Source: Oscillospiraceae bacterium
GTDB lineage: Bacteria > Bacillota > Clostridia > Oscillospirales > Ruminococcaceae
DNA: 64,000 bases
Assembly: GCA_020024615.1 (NCBI GenBank)
Contig: JAHHTP010000003.1
Location: 4,112 to 68,111, forward strand
Direction: 5' to 3'
Each line of letters starts with the position of its first letter. The stretch's first letter is position 1. This document shows positions 39,774 to 49,769 of this stretch, piece by piece. The notes beneath the pieces are model-generated. The model searched no databases. It had not been told where the DNA came from and saw only the letters and a program-made list of their open reading frames with translations. The position numbers and the translations under genes are program-made.

Positions 39774-40844
39774 TTAAAACTTCTCGCAATACTCTTTGCA
39801 TGCCTCGATATAGGCAACAACATTTTCAACTGGAACTTCTGGCTCCAGTATATGGGTTGGGCAAATCAACAATCCGCCTTTTCTACCTACCATATCCAGA
39901 TAATGGAATACTGTTTCTCTGATTTCTTTTGGTGTACCAAATGGCATCAGCGTCTGGGTTCCCAGTGTACCGCAGAAGGAAATGCGATCACCGTACTCCT
40001 TATGAATTTCTTCAAAGTTCATGCTTTCCGGCTGAATTGGGTTGAGTACATCTACACCTGCTTCAATCAAATCCTCAATAAATGGGGTAACATAGCCACA
40101 GCTGTGATAGAATACAACCAATTCCGGATTAATTGCTTTCGCCGCATCAATAATCGCTTTCAAACGCGGCTTTATATAGGTACCGTACAGTTCCTTGCTC
40201 ATCATGATCGAGGACTGCATGCCGATATCATCGCCTAAATAAATGCCGTCCGCACCTGCTTTGGCAAAATTCACTGCATTGATCATCGAGTTGGCAGTTA
40301 CCTTGTCCAATACAAAGTTTGCAAGTTCCGATTCTGACATCATGTCCATCATCAGCATTTCCATGCTCCTTGCGTACCATGCAGTTTCCCAGATGGTACA
40401 CTGCATATTACCCATCGCAAAACGGCCAGCTTTATGTGCTTGTTCAACAGCAGCGATCTGCTCTGGAGTAGGTCCCTCGATGTACTCCGGATATGGATAT
40501 GCCTTCAGTTCACTTAACTCAGTCATTTCCTCCAGTGGGTGATACATACGCGTCATATGGAAGCAAGCTGCACTACCCGGTTCATTCGCAACACCATACT
40601 GATTAAAGGTTGTACCACCCTTAAAATCATGCGAATACTGTTTTTTCCAAAACGCATCATCACGCGGCTCTTTTACACCACTCCACGGAATGTCTGCAAA
40701 TGCCCTGACTGGTGGAACATAACCAGTTTCCTTACAATACTTCTCAAATCTGTCTGCAAGGTCAGGCGTCATGCTAAACTCAAACGGCATACGCTCATAA
40801 CCTTTGCGTCTTACCAGCGATATAAGATTCTCTCTGTCTGTCAT
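39774..40844 (-). CDS. URO-D family methyltransferase (MtaA/MT2-like), cassette 2
   Basis: 356 aa, URO-D-like. Start MTDRENLISLVRRKGYERMP after RBS ggaggg. Confidence 0.7.
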   Translation of the reverse strand: MTDRENLISLVRRKGYERMPFEFSMTPDLADRFEKYCKETGYVPPVRAFADIPWSGVKEPRDDAFWKKQYSHDFKGGTTFNQYGVANEPGSAACFHMTRMYHPLEEMTELSELKAYPYPEYIEGPTPEQIAAVEQAHKAGRFAMGNMQCTIWETAWYARSMEMLMMDMMSESELANFVLDKVTANSMINAVNFAKAGADGIYLGDDIGMQSSIMMSKELYGTYIKPRLKAIIDAAKAINPELVVFYHSCGYVTPFIEDLIEAGVDVLNPIQPESMNFEEIHKEYGDRISFCGTLGTQTLMPFGTPKEIRETVFHYLDMVGRKGGLLICPTHILEPEVPVENVVAYIEACKEYCEKF

Positions 40845-40862
40845 AATAGCACCCTCCAAGAT

Positions 40863-41819
40863 TTATTTGTAGATGCCTTCTTCCCACCAAATGCGGTTCA
40901 TCAGCTCATAACGCTCCAATTCCATACCAGTGTATGCACAGTTGGAAGTGCAGAAGATATACCCCCAGCCGTTCATACCGTCACGCAACGAACGACGAAC
41001 ATCAGCAATAACTTCTTCATCGGTACCAGTCTGCAACAGACCACAGTTTACATTGCCGCAGAGAGCAACTTTATCACCATACAAGCGTTTTATTTCTGCT
41101 AAATCAACACCGCCCTGTGGGTCAAGCGAATGCAACGCGTCCGGATGACACTGAACCATCTGATCAACAATCGGCATAATGTTACCATCGGTATGTTTGA
41201 TGGAGTAGAAACCCTGATCATGATAGCCCTTAATAACATCATGCAGATATGGCGTAATATACTCAGAGAACATATCCGGAGTAAAGTACGGATTGACATT
41301 AAAGCAGTAGTCGGAGCAGAGGCAGAAACCATCCAATAAACCTTTGTGTTTTGCCATCTCCTCACCGAAAGCAAGTGCATGCTCCATGTTGCGCTGTGCT
41401 TCTGCTTTTAAGCCGTCCTCATCCTCGTACATTCTTGCGGTAAAATCAAACATGGAATCACCGTCCGGCATAGCAAAAGTCGGGTCACCGTGCATCATGG
41501 TGTAATATTTATCACCGGATTTTTCACGGATCGCTTCAAGCAGACGGACTGCACCATCAATCCCGCCCGGATTCGGATGAACAAAAATCGCACTGTGGTG
41601 ATATTTTTCAGCAATTCGAATATAGCTTTCAGCCTGATATTCAAAATGCTTTTTCTGCTCGGATTTGCTCATCTGATTCCACTGGCCGAAAGCCATTTGT
41701 GCCGGATGAATCATACCGATGGACTCCAAAGTTAAAAAGAAAACCAGTTCAAAAGTCGGGCAATGACCTTCAATTGGCTCTCGTCTCAATGCTTTGATAA
41801 AGCGTTCACGTTCAGTCAT
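40863..41819 (-). CDS. URO-D family methyltransferase, cassette 2
   Basis: 318 aa, URO-D-like (MTERERFIKALRREPIEGHCPTFELVF...). Its stop lies 4 nt before the start of the next gene. Confidence 0.7.
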   Translation of the reverse strand: MTERERFIKALRREPIEGHCPTFELVFFLTLESIGMIHPAQMAFGQWNQMSKSEQKKHFEYQAESYIRIAEKYHHSAIFVHPNPGGIDGAVRLLEAIREKSGDKYYTMMHGDPTFAMPDGDSMFDFTARMYEDEDGLKAEAQRNMEHALAFGEEMAKHKGLLDGFCLCSDYCFNVNPYFTPDMFSEYITPYLHDVIKGYHDQGFYSIKHTDGNIMPIVDQMVQCHPDALHSLDPQGGVDLAEIKRLYGDKVALCGNVNCGLLQTGTDEEVIADVRRSLRDGMNGWGYIFCTSNCAYTGMELERYELMNRIWWEEGIYK

Positions 41820-41914
41820 GATATTCCTCCATTGAATATAAATTTATAATTGCCTCGAAAATTGCTGCCGCCAAAAGACGGCAGCAAACTGCTTTTTACA
41901 ATCTAAAAATTATT

Positions 41915-42550
41915 TTAGTTTTTGAAGAAACTTAAAGCAACCTCTGCTGCACTTGCTGCGTCAGAAGTATAAGCATCTGCTCCGATTTCATCAGCAAATT
42001 TCTGCGTTACCGGTGCGCCGCCTACCATTACTTTTACTTTATCGCGTAAACCTGCTGCTTTTAGTGCCTCAATAATCTCTCCCTGGTTTACCATAGTTGT
42101 GGTTAGCAGTGCAGATAAGCATACGACTTTTGCTCCACTCTCTTTTACTGCTGCTACAATCTTATCTCCGTCTGCGTCTACACCTAAGTCTATGCACTCG
42201 ATCCCAACGCCTTCCATCATCATTTTAACGAGGTTTTTACCGATGTCGTGCAGGTCGCCTTTTACGGTGCAGATTACTGCTTTGCCTACTGGCTCTACTC
42301 CCTCTTTGGTCAGGTATGGTTTTAAGATTGCTACACCCTGATTCATTGCACGTGCTGCAATTAACACTTCCGGAACATATACTTTGTTCTCTTTGAATTT
42401 GTCACCAATCTCTACCATGCCGGAGATTAATCCGTCATTTAAGATTTCTTTTGCAGTGATTCCTTCTTCCAGCGCCTGGTTTACCAGTGCTTTGACATCT
42501 TTTGCTTTGCCTTTCTGAAGCATTTCATTGATCTGAGCGGTAATAGACAT
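41915..42550 (-). CDS. Cobalamin-binding corrinoid protein (copy 2). Its 211-aa product is identical to copy 1.
   Basis: The DNA matches 22313..22948 except 22322 A versus 41924 G (synonymous). Flanks are unrelated. Confidence 0.8.
   Translation of the reverse strand: MSITAQINEMLQKGKAKDVKALVNQALEEGITAKEILNDGLISGMVEIGDKFKENKVYVPEVLIAARAMNQGVAILKPYLTKEGVEPVGKAVICTVKGDLHDIGKNLVKMMMEGVGIECIDLGVDADGDKIVAAVKESGAKVVCLSALLTTTMVNQGEIIEALKAAGLRDKVKVMVGGAPVTQKFADEIGADAYTSDAASAAEVALSFFKN
41915..42550. repeat. 636-bp dispersed repeat, copy B
   Basis: Matches 22313..22948 except for one nucleotide. Confidence 0.9.
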
Positions 42551-42738
42551 GATTTTTTCTCTCCTCTTTGTCTTTCTTTTTTGATAAAGTCTGCTCTCCT
42601 ACGCTTTATTTCTGCAAAGAAAACAAGCCAGTGTACAGCTTTACTTTATATAAGGTCATTGTAACATATGTATTTACAAATGTCAATGCACTTTAAAAAA
42701 ATCACAAAAAAGTTAAGGCAAGATTAGAAAATGCACCA

Positions 42739-44265
42739 TTACTGCCGTTGTTCAAGCTGTAATAACGCCTTATTGTAAAATTCTGATTTCTTCTGCAATT
42801 CGTTATCCAACACATCCTGCCCATACCGCTCCGCAAGCGTCTGGGAGTCCGAGAACAGATTGGTACCAAGTCCCAGACGATCACCTGAAATCTCGACACC
42901 CAGTGCTGCCAAGGTAGTCGGAAACAAATCAAAAGTACCGAATACACGATCTTTTTCAAAAACTGGTGTTGCAGCAGCATTGATATAACAGTTGTATACC
43001 GTTCTCTGGTATTCCGGATCTAATTCCACCAGAAATTTCGGATCCATGGTCAAATGGTCACCTGAAATGACAATGGTCGTATTTTCATAAAATGGTTGTT
43101 CTTTGATCCAATTCAGCATCTCCTGAACCTGTCTGGAAGAACATCGCAGCACATTAGCGTACTGGCTCTCATAAATATCTTCACATAAACGGCAATGATA
43201 TCCATCCGGAAAATGAGTATCTGCCGTTAACATGGTAAAGTAAAACGGCTCATCCATTGCCCCCAAACGCGTCAATTCCTCTTTGGCAAACGCAAACAGT
43301 TTTTCATCCTCATAACCCCACCATACATCATAGTCTTCTGGAAGTCTGCCCTGCTTTTTCATCGCTTTAATGTCCAGAATGTCATAATTGCCATTTTCCG
43401 TAAAATACACATCTCGACTTGCAAATGCTGCATCTGATCCAAGAAGCAAGGTTTCACGATATCCTTCTTTTTGCAAAATCTCTCCAAGCGAGACAACACC
43501 AGGCAGAAATGATTCATCTGATCCGTAGCTTTCTCCTATGACAGGTACTTTGATGATTGTGCCGGAAGTCTGTGCAACCATTCCAGCTGCGGTCCAAGTT
43601 GTACCGACAAACGGCACCGCTCCGCCAATTTTCTGATTATTCGAAAAATTGATATTTTCTTCTGCCAGTGCAGTCAACTCTGGTATGTAATCTTCATCCA
43701 GCCCTTGAGAATAAGTAGACTCCATGGATTCTAAAATGATGTAGATTAGATTTCGTTTCTTCTCTGGGAATTTCATTGATACCGTATTTGGATCTACATA
43801 ATTTTCCTGAATAAAGTCAGATTGAGTTAAGATGGTATGAAGATAATATGGGACATGTAAAGTAATACAGAAAAAGCTGATAGAAAAAATCAGCATCGCC
43901 AATCCAAATGGTAATAGAGCTTTTTTCCAGAAATCACAGCTTTTTCCCACCATATATTGAATATACCATTTTGTATTCTGAAACATTTTCTTCATTCTGC
44001 CGCTAAGCAGCCGATAAAGAAACATCTCTATTGCAGTCAGCAGAAAACTAAATCCTGCTATCCTTATTGTCGCACTAGATACCAAAGTTTTGCCTGTTCC
44101 AGACACCGGTGTTTTCAGCTGAAACAGCAGCTGTTCTAACTGAACATCATCATACTTCTGGCAAAGCCAAAGTACAAAGAAAAACAATATATTGCCCAAA
44201 ATTAACAATATATACCCAAAACACTGCTTATAATTGATTTTTGTTTTTTCTTTTGTCATTAACAT
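42739..44265 (-). CDS. LTA-synthase family protein (LtaS-like sulfatase-fold, polytopic N-terminus plus extracellular domain)
   Basis: 5 N-terminal TM helices then a sulfatase/alkaline-phosphatase-like domain. Start at the internal Met (MLMTKEKTK). The longer ORF is upstream read-through. Confidence 0.7.
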   Translation of the reverse strand: MLMTKEKTKINYKQCFGYILLILGNILFFFVLWLCQKYDDVQLEQLLFQLKTPVSGTGKTLVSSATIRIAGFSFLLTAIEMFLYRLLSGRMKKMFQNTKWYIQYMVGKSCDFWKKALLPFGLAMLIFSISFFCITLHVPYYLHTILTQSDFIQENYVDPNTVSMKFPEKKRNLIYIILESMESTYSQGLDEDYIPELTALAEENINFSNNQKIGGAVPFVGTTWTAAGMVAQTSGTIIKVPVIGESYGSDESFLPGVVSLGEILQKEGYRETLLLGSDAAFASRDVYFTENGNYDILDIKAMKKQGRLPEDYDVWWGYEDEKLFAFAKEELTRLGAMDEPFYFTMLTADTHFPDGYHCRLCEDIYESQYANVLRCSSRQVQEMLNWIKEQPFYENTTIVISGDHLTMDPKFLVELDPEYQRTVYNCYINAAATPVFEKDRVFGTFDLFPTTLAALGVEISGDRLGLGTNLFSDSQTLAERYGQDVLDNELQKKSEFYNKALLQLEQRQ

Positions 44266-44513
44266 GTCATTTTCCTTTTTGAATACACTAAGTCGTTTTC
44301 TACATAAAGTTCTTACTAAAATGCCATTGAAACCATTAAAATGTATTTTCACCTTCTTTCCGAATGCTTCTCCTTATAATATATCATCTTTTTAGATTAT
44401 TTTCTACATCTTTTTTTAAACTTGTCTTTACATATCATACAAAGATTGCTCTTGACATTTCCTTTTGAACCAATTATAATAAAACTAATTATGTCAGAAA
44501 GGAACGATTTATC

Positions 44514-45164
44514 ATGACAAACAAATATTCCATACGCAGTTTATGTGAAGGAATCAAACTGAAAAACTGCATCACTATAATTGCATCCAGCGCTTTTCTG
44601 GCATTCGGATTATATAACGTCCATTCTATTTCTGGTGTCACCGAAGGCGGTGTGTTGGGATTAAATCTGCTTTTGGATCACTGGTTTCATATCTCCCCGG
44701 CAATCACAAATGTTGTTGCCAATTTAATCTGCTACGGACTGGGCGTGAAACTGCTTGGCAGAAAATTTATCGTATACTCGCTGATTTCCACCGTCGGATT
44801 TTCAGCCTCTTATAAAATTTTTGAACAATTCGATCCGCTCTGGCCGCAGCTTGCAGATCACCCTCTGCTTGCAAGTTTGATCGGAGCCGTGTTTGTCGGT
44901 GTTGGCGCAGGACTCTGTGTTAAAATGGGAGGCGCACCGAGTGGAGATGACGCGCTGGCAATGAGTATTGCACACGCTACCCGCTTAAAAATTCAATGGG
45001 CTTATCTCTCCTCAGATTTAATCGTTCTCCTGCTCTCCATCTCCTACATCCCATTAACTAAAATCGCCTACTCCCTGCTGACAGTTATCCTGTCTGGACA
45101 AATTATCGGCTGGATTGAGGCATTTCCACACAATCCATATCAAAAACCAAATACCGAAGAATAA
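44514..45164 (+). CDS. YitT family (DUF161) membrane protein
   Basis: FLAFGLYNVHSISGVTEGGVLGLNLLLDHWFHISPAITNVVANLICYGLGVKLLGRKF resembles the YitT membrane core. Confidence 0.55.
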   Translation: MTNKYSIRSLCEGIKLKNCITIIASSAFLAFGLYNVHSISGVTEGGVLGLNLLLDHWFHISPAITNVVANLICYGLGVKLLGRKFIVYSLISTVGFSASYKIFEQFDPLWPQLADHPLLASLIGAVFVGVGAGLCVKMGGAPSGDDALAMSIAHATRLKIQWAYLSSDLIVLLLSISYIPLTKIAYSLLTVILSGQIIGWIEAFPHNPYQKPNTEE

Positions 45165-45214
45165 ACAGAAAGCTGACCGATACAAATCGATCAGCTTTTC
45201 CTTTTATCATGATA

Positions 45215-46771
45215 TTAGTCTTCCAGATTAACCGGCAGTTTGCCCGGATAAATGTTGTTTTTCATTGCGTGAATCAAAGCTGGAACAGAAAGTGGAGTAT
45301 ATTCATAACTTGCCACAACAGCATCTGCATCCTTTACAATGCTGTAATCATATGGTACACCCAACAGAACAGCAATCACCGGTTTTCCAGTTGCTTTTAC
45401 CATCTGATAAATCTTTCGCTGTCCTTCTCGGAATCCGGCATGATACAAGCCAACAACTGCAACTTCATAATCGCCGGCAACCGCAGCTTTTATATCATCA
45501 GTTACTTCATTTAAAGGGGTTACCACAGCCTTTGTACCTTTAAATACAGCAGCAAACTGATCTGCAAAACTTAAACTTTCATGACGCTCGTCCTCTGCTC
45601 CAGTTAGCGCACTGGAAATCGGCGCAAAGCATGCAATCTTTTTTCCGTCCAGATGTGCAAGAAGCGCATTTGACCGAATGCAGGTGATGCTGTTTTGCAT
45701 AATTTTCTCATTTTCTGCAATTAGTTGTGCGTCATGCACCAGCTGCATAGCAAGCTCATAATCTGCCTGAGCGTGAGCCAGATCATATTTTTCCTTGACA
45801 CGCATAATACGCCCATATGACTGATTGATACGCTCCTCGGAGATTCTGCCGCTTTCAACTGCCGCATAAATTGCCTCAACCCCCTCTTTGACCGCTTCAT
45901 AGGTATGCGAGAAATGCAACACATCCATACCAGCTTCAATGGCACGGACAGCTCCCTCACCACAGCCATACAGATTACGAATTGCCCCCATCTCCATACA
46001 GTCGGTGGTAGCGATACCCTCGAATTTCTGCTCTTTGCGCAGAACATCGGTCATAATCTCCTTGGTTAAAGTACCCGGATGATCGGTAATAGCGGTATAA
46101 CGAACATGTGCCGACATAAGCGCATCTGCCCCTGCCTCAAACGCTCTTGCAAACGGAACCCATTCGGTTTTCTCCAGTATATCTTTCGGAGTCGCATTGA
46201 TGGGTAAAGCCAGATGCGAGTCGGTGGCAACATTACCATGACCCGGATAATGCTTCACACAGGCGATCATGCCAGCTTTTTTCATGCCATTTACCATTGC
46301 AATACCGCATTTGGAAACATGCTCTACATCATCACCAAACGAACGATTTCCGATAATTGGATTACGCGGGTCAATATTAACATCCAAAACCGGTGCATAA
46401 TCAATGGTAATACCGACCGCTTTCAATACGCGTCCCAATGTATCCCCAACCTTTTCAATCTGGTCTGATCCACCTGCGGACAGAGCCATAGCTCCCGGAA
46501 TCAGCGCAGCACCCTCATAATAACGGGAAACTGCCCCCCCCTCCTGGTCGATGCCAATCAACGGAGCAATTCCTGTTGCATCCATTGCCAGCTTGCGCAG
46601 TTCATTGTTCAGCTTGCACAGCTGTTTTGCTGAAATAACATTGCGAGTAAACAAAATAAAATTACCCACTTTGAAATCCGCAACAATTCTTCTTGCCTGG
46701 TCATCCACTTCTGGTGACGGAAATCCTGCACAGATCATCTGACCAATTTTTAATTTTAGTGATTCCTTCAT
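45215..46771 (-). CDS. Glycoside hydrolase family 3 beta-N-acetylhexosaminidase (NagZ-like) with C-terminal domain
   Basis: GH3 motifs KHYPGHG...D, N-terminus IGQMICAGFPS. Confidence 0.8.
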   Translation of the reverse strand: MKESLKLKIGQMICAGFPSPEVDDQARRIVADFKVGNFILFTRNVISAKQLCKLNNELRKLAMDATGIAPLIGIDQEGGAVSRYYEGAALIPGAMALSAGGSDQIEKVGDTLGRVLKAVGITIDYAPVLDVNIDPRNPIIGNRSFGDDVEHVSKCGIAMVNGMKKAGMIACVKHYPGHGNVATDSHLALPINATPKDILEKTEWVPFARAFEAGADALMSAHVRYTAITDHPGTLTKEIMTDVLRKEQKFEGIATTDCMEMGAIRNLYGCGEGAVRAIEAGMDVLHFSHTYEAVKEGVEAIYAAVESGRISEERINQSYGRIMRVKEKYDLAHAQADYELAMQLVHDAQLIAENEKIMQNSITCIRSNALLAHLDGKKIACFAPISSALTGAEDERHESLSFADQFAAVFKGTKAVVTPLNEVTDDIKAAVAGDYEVAVVGLYHAGFREGQRKIYQMVKATGKPVIAVLLGVPYDYSIVKDADAVVASYEYTPLSVPALIHAMKNNIYPGKLPVNLED

Positions 46772-47010
46772 AAATAAATGTACCTCCCCCTTTTATTTTC
46801 TGTATCAGTATAGCATAACATTTATAAGTATAGCATAGCGTTTGAAATAAAGTCAATCCATTGCAAGAAAAATCCATTTTATGCACACAGAAAATTCATT
46901 TAATCCCATATCTTGTAACTATTTTTTGCCAAACTGTAATGCTTCTTCGCTTGTATTCCATTTGAAAATGCAGTAAAATAATATCAGAAACTGGAAGAAA
47001 GGAGGCTATT

Positions 47011-47511
47011 ATGAAGAAACAAAGCATTTTAGTCCTGCTGCTTGCTGTTATCTGCATCATCAGCAGCGGATGTAAAAAAACAACAGCCCCCACAAACAAC
47101 AGTGCAGCTGTGCCGTGCACTGAACTTTGCAGTTCTCTGATGGAAGACGATCTTTCTCTAGACTGTGATATTGTATGTGGATATGAAGATGAACAGTTTG
47201 AAACCTATTTTTCCTATCTATATAATATACCAATGGAAAACATTAAGGACGGCTGCATCATTTATGTATCCAGCGGTAGTTCCGCTGATGAAGTATCCCT
47301 TCTGCTCCCGGCAGATGCAGGAAAGGGCGCAGTTATCACAACAGCACTCAACAACAGAATTGAAAAACGCAAACAGGATTACAACGGCTATAATGACGAT
47401 GAAGTGGAAAAATTAAACCACGCTCTGGTCACACCGATTGGAAATTACATCGCACTGGTTATCTCTGATCAGCCGCAGTCAGTTGTAAAAGCTTTACGAC
47501 AGAAGCTTTAA
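47011..47511 (+). CDS. DUF4358-like lipoprotein
   Basis: Lipobox LLAVICIISSGC. Small secreted protein. Confidence 0.5.
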   Translation: MKKQSILVLLLAVICIISSGCKKTTAPTNNSAAVPCTELCSSLMEDDLSLDCDIVCGYEDEQFETYFSYLYNIPMENIKDGCIIYVSSGSSADEVSLLLPADAGKGAVITTALNNRIEKRKQDYNGYNDDEVEKLNHALVTPIGNYIALVISDQPQSVVKALRQKL

Positions 47512-47548
47512 TCAATTCTAACACAGAAAATGACATGAGGTAATTCAA

Positions 47549-48622
47549 ATGAAAAATCAAAAAACTTTGCTTATCGTACTATGCCCTATACTGGCTCTTT
47601 TTCTGATAGGTACCATCGTATTTACAGCAGTACAGGCAAAGCAGATCAATACCTTGACCAATTTTATTGAGGTTAATATGGAAGTTGATCTGAATGAATG
47701 GGATGGCAGCAACATCAATTTCGACCATGCGCATCCGATATATGATGACACTGCTATCATCGAGGCTTATAAATCTGGTGATACATCCAAACTGGATGAG
47801 GAAGAACTGTTCACCCTCAATACTGCAAAGTCTGTTATTGAAAAACTCGGTATCAACAATAAAATGAGCGACTATGAAAAGGAAAAAGCCATCTATGATT
47901 GGCAGTTCGACTATGTACGCTATGACTCCACCCAGCAGTCTGCTATTCCGTCGGATATCAATATCGAGCAATATAACTACTATCCGTACGGTGTGTTAAA
48001 ATACCATCAGGCTATCTGTGTGGGTAATGCCACTACTTTTAAATTGTTTATGGATATGTTGGAAATCGAAAACAAGATTATCCATTCCACCACTATGGGT
48101 GAACATGCATGGAATCTCATTAAGCTTGAAAATGACTGGTATCATGTTGATTTAACCTTTGATGGCTCTGATAATACCAAGACACCAGCATACAATAACT
48201 TCAATGTTACTGACTTAGTTAAACAGAATGCAGGCTATCCATGGGATAGTGCGGAATTTCCAGAAGCAACTGGCACCAAATACTGCATGGCAGTCATCGA
48301 AAATCAGAAACTGGATACTATTTACGACCTTCCCGCAGCTCTAAAAGCAGCACAGGAGAAAAAGAAAGCAAATGTGTATGTCAGCTTTGCAGATCATTCT
48401 CCGCTTGACGTTGGTCTGTTAGATATGATCTCTTCATACATGAAAGATTGCTATCTCTACATCTCTCAGAATTATCCGATGGAAAATGGAGATACCATTT
48501 ATGCAATCCCTGTTGAATCCACCAATACGGAAGAAGTACAACCAGAAGCCGAAAAGTACTACGATATGGATAAAATGGAACAGACTATCCTCGATGTTTT
48601 TGATGTAGAGACAGTTGATTAA
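47549..48622 (+). CDS. Transglutaminase-like (papain-fold) domain protein with N-terminal membrane anchor
   Basis: Catalytic core QAICVGNATTF...GEHAWNLIKLENDWYHVDLT (Cys-His-Asp). Confidence 0.65.
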   Translation: MKNQKTLLIVLCPILALFLIGTIVFTAVQAKQINTLTNFIEVNMEVDLNEWDGSNINFDHAHPIYDDTAIIEAYKSGDTSKLDEEELFTLNTAKSVIEKLGINNKMSDYEKEKAIYDWQFDYVRYDSTQQSAIPSDINIEQYNYYPYGVLKYHQAICVGNATTFKLFMDMLEIENKIIHSTTMGEHAWNLIKLENDWYHVDLTFDGSDNTKTPAYNNFNVTDLVKQNAGYPWDSAEFPEATGTKYCMAVIENQKLDTIYDLPAALKAAQEKKKANVYVSFADHSPLDVGLLDMISSYMKDCYLYISQNYPMENGDTIYAIPVESTNTEEVQPEAEKYYDMDKMEQTILDVFDVETVD

Positions 48623-48788
48623 TTGACTTCAAGCTTTATACTGGCAGGGAATCTTCTCCCTGCCGTTTTTATATATATATTGCTTACATCAAAGCTCAAA
48701 CAGACAATATACTAAATTGATTTTATGACCTAGCATATGATATAATAAATATCACATAATGATATCATATTCATAGGAGGAAATAGAT

Positions 48789-49712
48789 ATGAATCAGTTA
48801 ACTTTTTCTGTTTTTGCAGATTTACATCATGTTCCGGACGCATTCTGCACCTTTGCAGAACGCAAGCTGACTGAAATTCAGCAGCGTGCAAAAGAAAAAG
48901 GCTCGGCATTTATTATTCATGCAGGCGATTTGACCCATGGACCATCGGCACATATGGATTTTGTCAATCGGTATCTTGATTTCGAGATTCCAAGCTATTC
49001 CTGTCTGGGTAACCATGACAGCGATAATACCTCATTCGAGGAAACCTTAAAAGCATACCGTATGCCGAATGATTATTACTATTTTGACTGCAAAGGCTTC
49101 CGTATCATCGTCTTAAATCTTAACTACTATGAAGAAGACGGTAAGTATATTCCGTACAGTCTTGGCAACTATTACAGCACCACCGGTTCAGTCGGCATGA
49201 TGCCACCGCATGAGATGGAATGGCTGAAACAGGTTCTCGATGAATCTCCATACCCATGTATCTTAATTGCACATCAAAGTATCGAGCGTGATGCAGACGG
49301 CATTCTCAACAAAGAAGAAGTCCGTGAGATCATCAACGAGGCAAACCGTAAACATAAAAACAGAGTCATGATGTTTATCAACGGCCATTACCACAGAGAT
49401 TACATGGCATTAAAAGACAATGTTCTGTATTTTGACCTAAACTCTGCTGCATACGACTGGCTTGAAAATCCACATAACTTCTATTCCAAAGAACTGATGC
49501 AACAGTACAGTGTCATCCAGAATACCGTTTTTGTCAATGAAGGCATCCACGCCGTTATCACTGTAACCGACGACGGAGAAATTAACATAGAAGGTATGGA
49601 AGGCACCTTCTATGGCGGTATCACCCGTGAAATGACCGACAACACACCGTTTGATCCATGTGGCAGACCGGCAACTGCACGCGTTTCCAGTGCCCATATC
49701 AAACTGCTGTAA
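48789..49712 (+). CDS. Metallophosphoesterase
   Basis: FADLHH...GDLTHG...GNHD...GHYH motifs. Confidence 0.7.
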   Translation: MNQLTFSVFADLHHVPDAFCTFAERKLTEIQQRAKEKGSAFIIHAGDLTHGPSAHMDFVNRYLDFEIPSYSCLGNHDSDNTSFEETLKAYRMPNDYYYFDCKGFRIIVLNLNYYEEDGKYIPYSLGNYYSTTGSVGMMPPHEMEWLKQVLDESPYPCILIAHQSIERDADGILNKEEVREIINEANRKHKNRVMMFINGHYHRDYMALKDNVLYFDLNSAAYDWLENPHNFYSKELMQQYSVIQNTVFVNEGIHAVITVTDDGEINIEGMEGTFYGGITREMTDNTPFDPCGRPATARVSSAHIKLL

Positions 49713-49769
49713 TATATCCAAAAAAGCTGGGAGAAAAACTCCCAGCTACTGCTTTTTTCTATCTATAAA

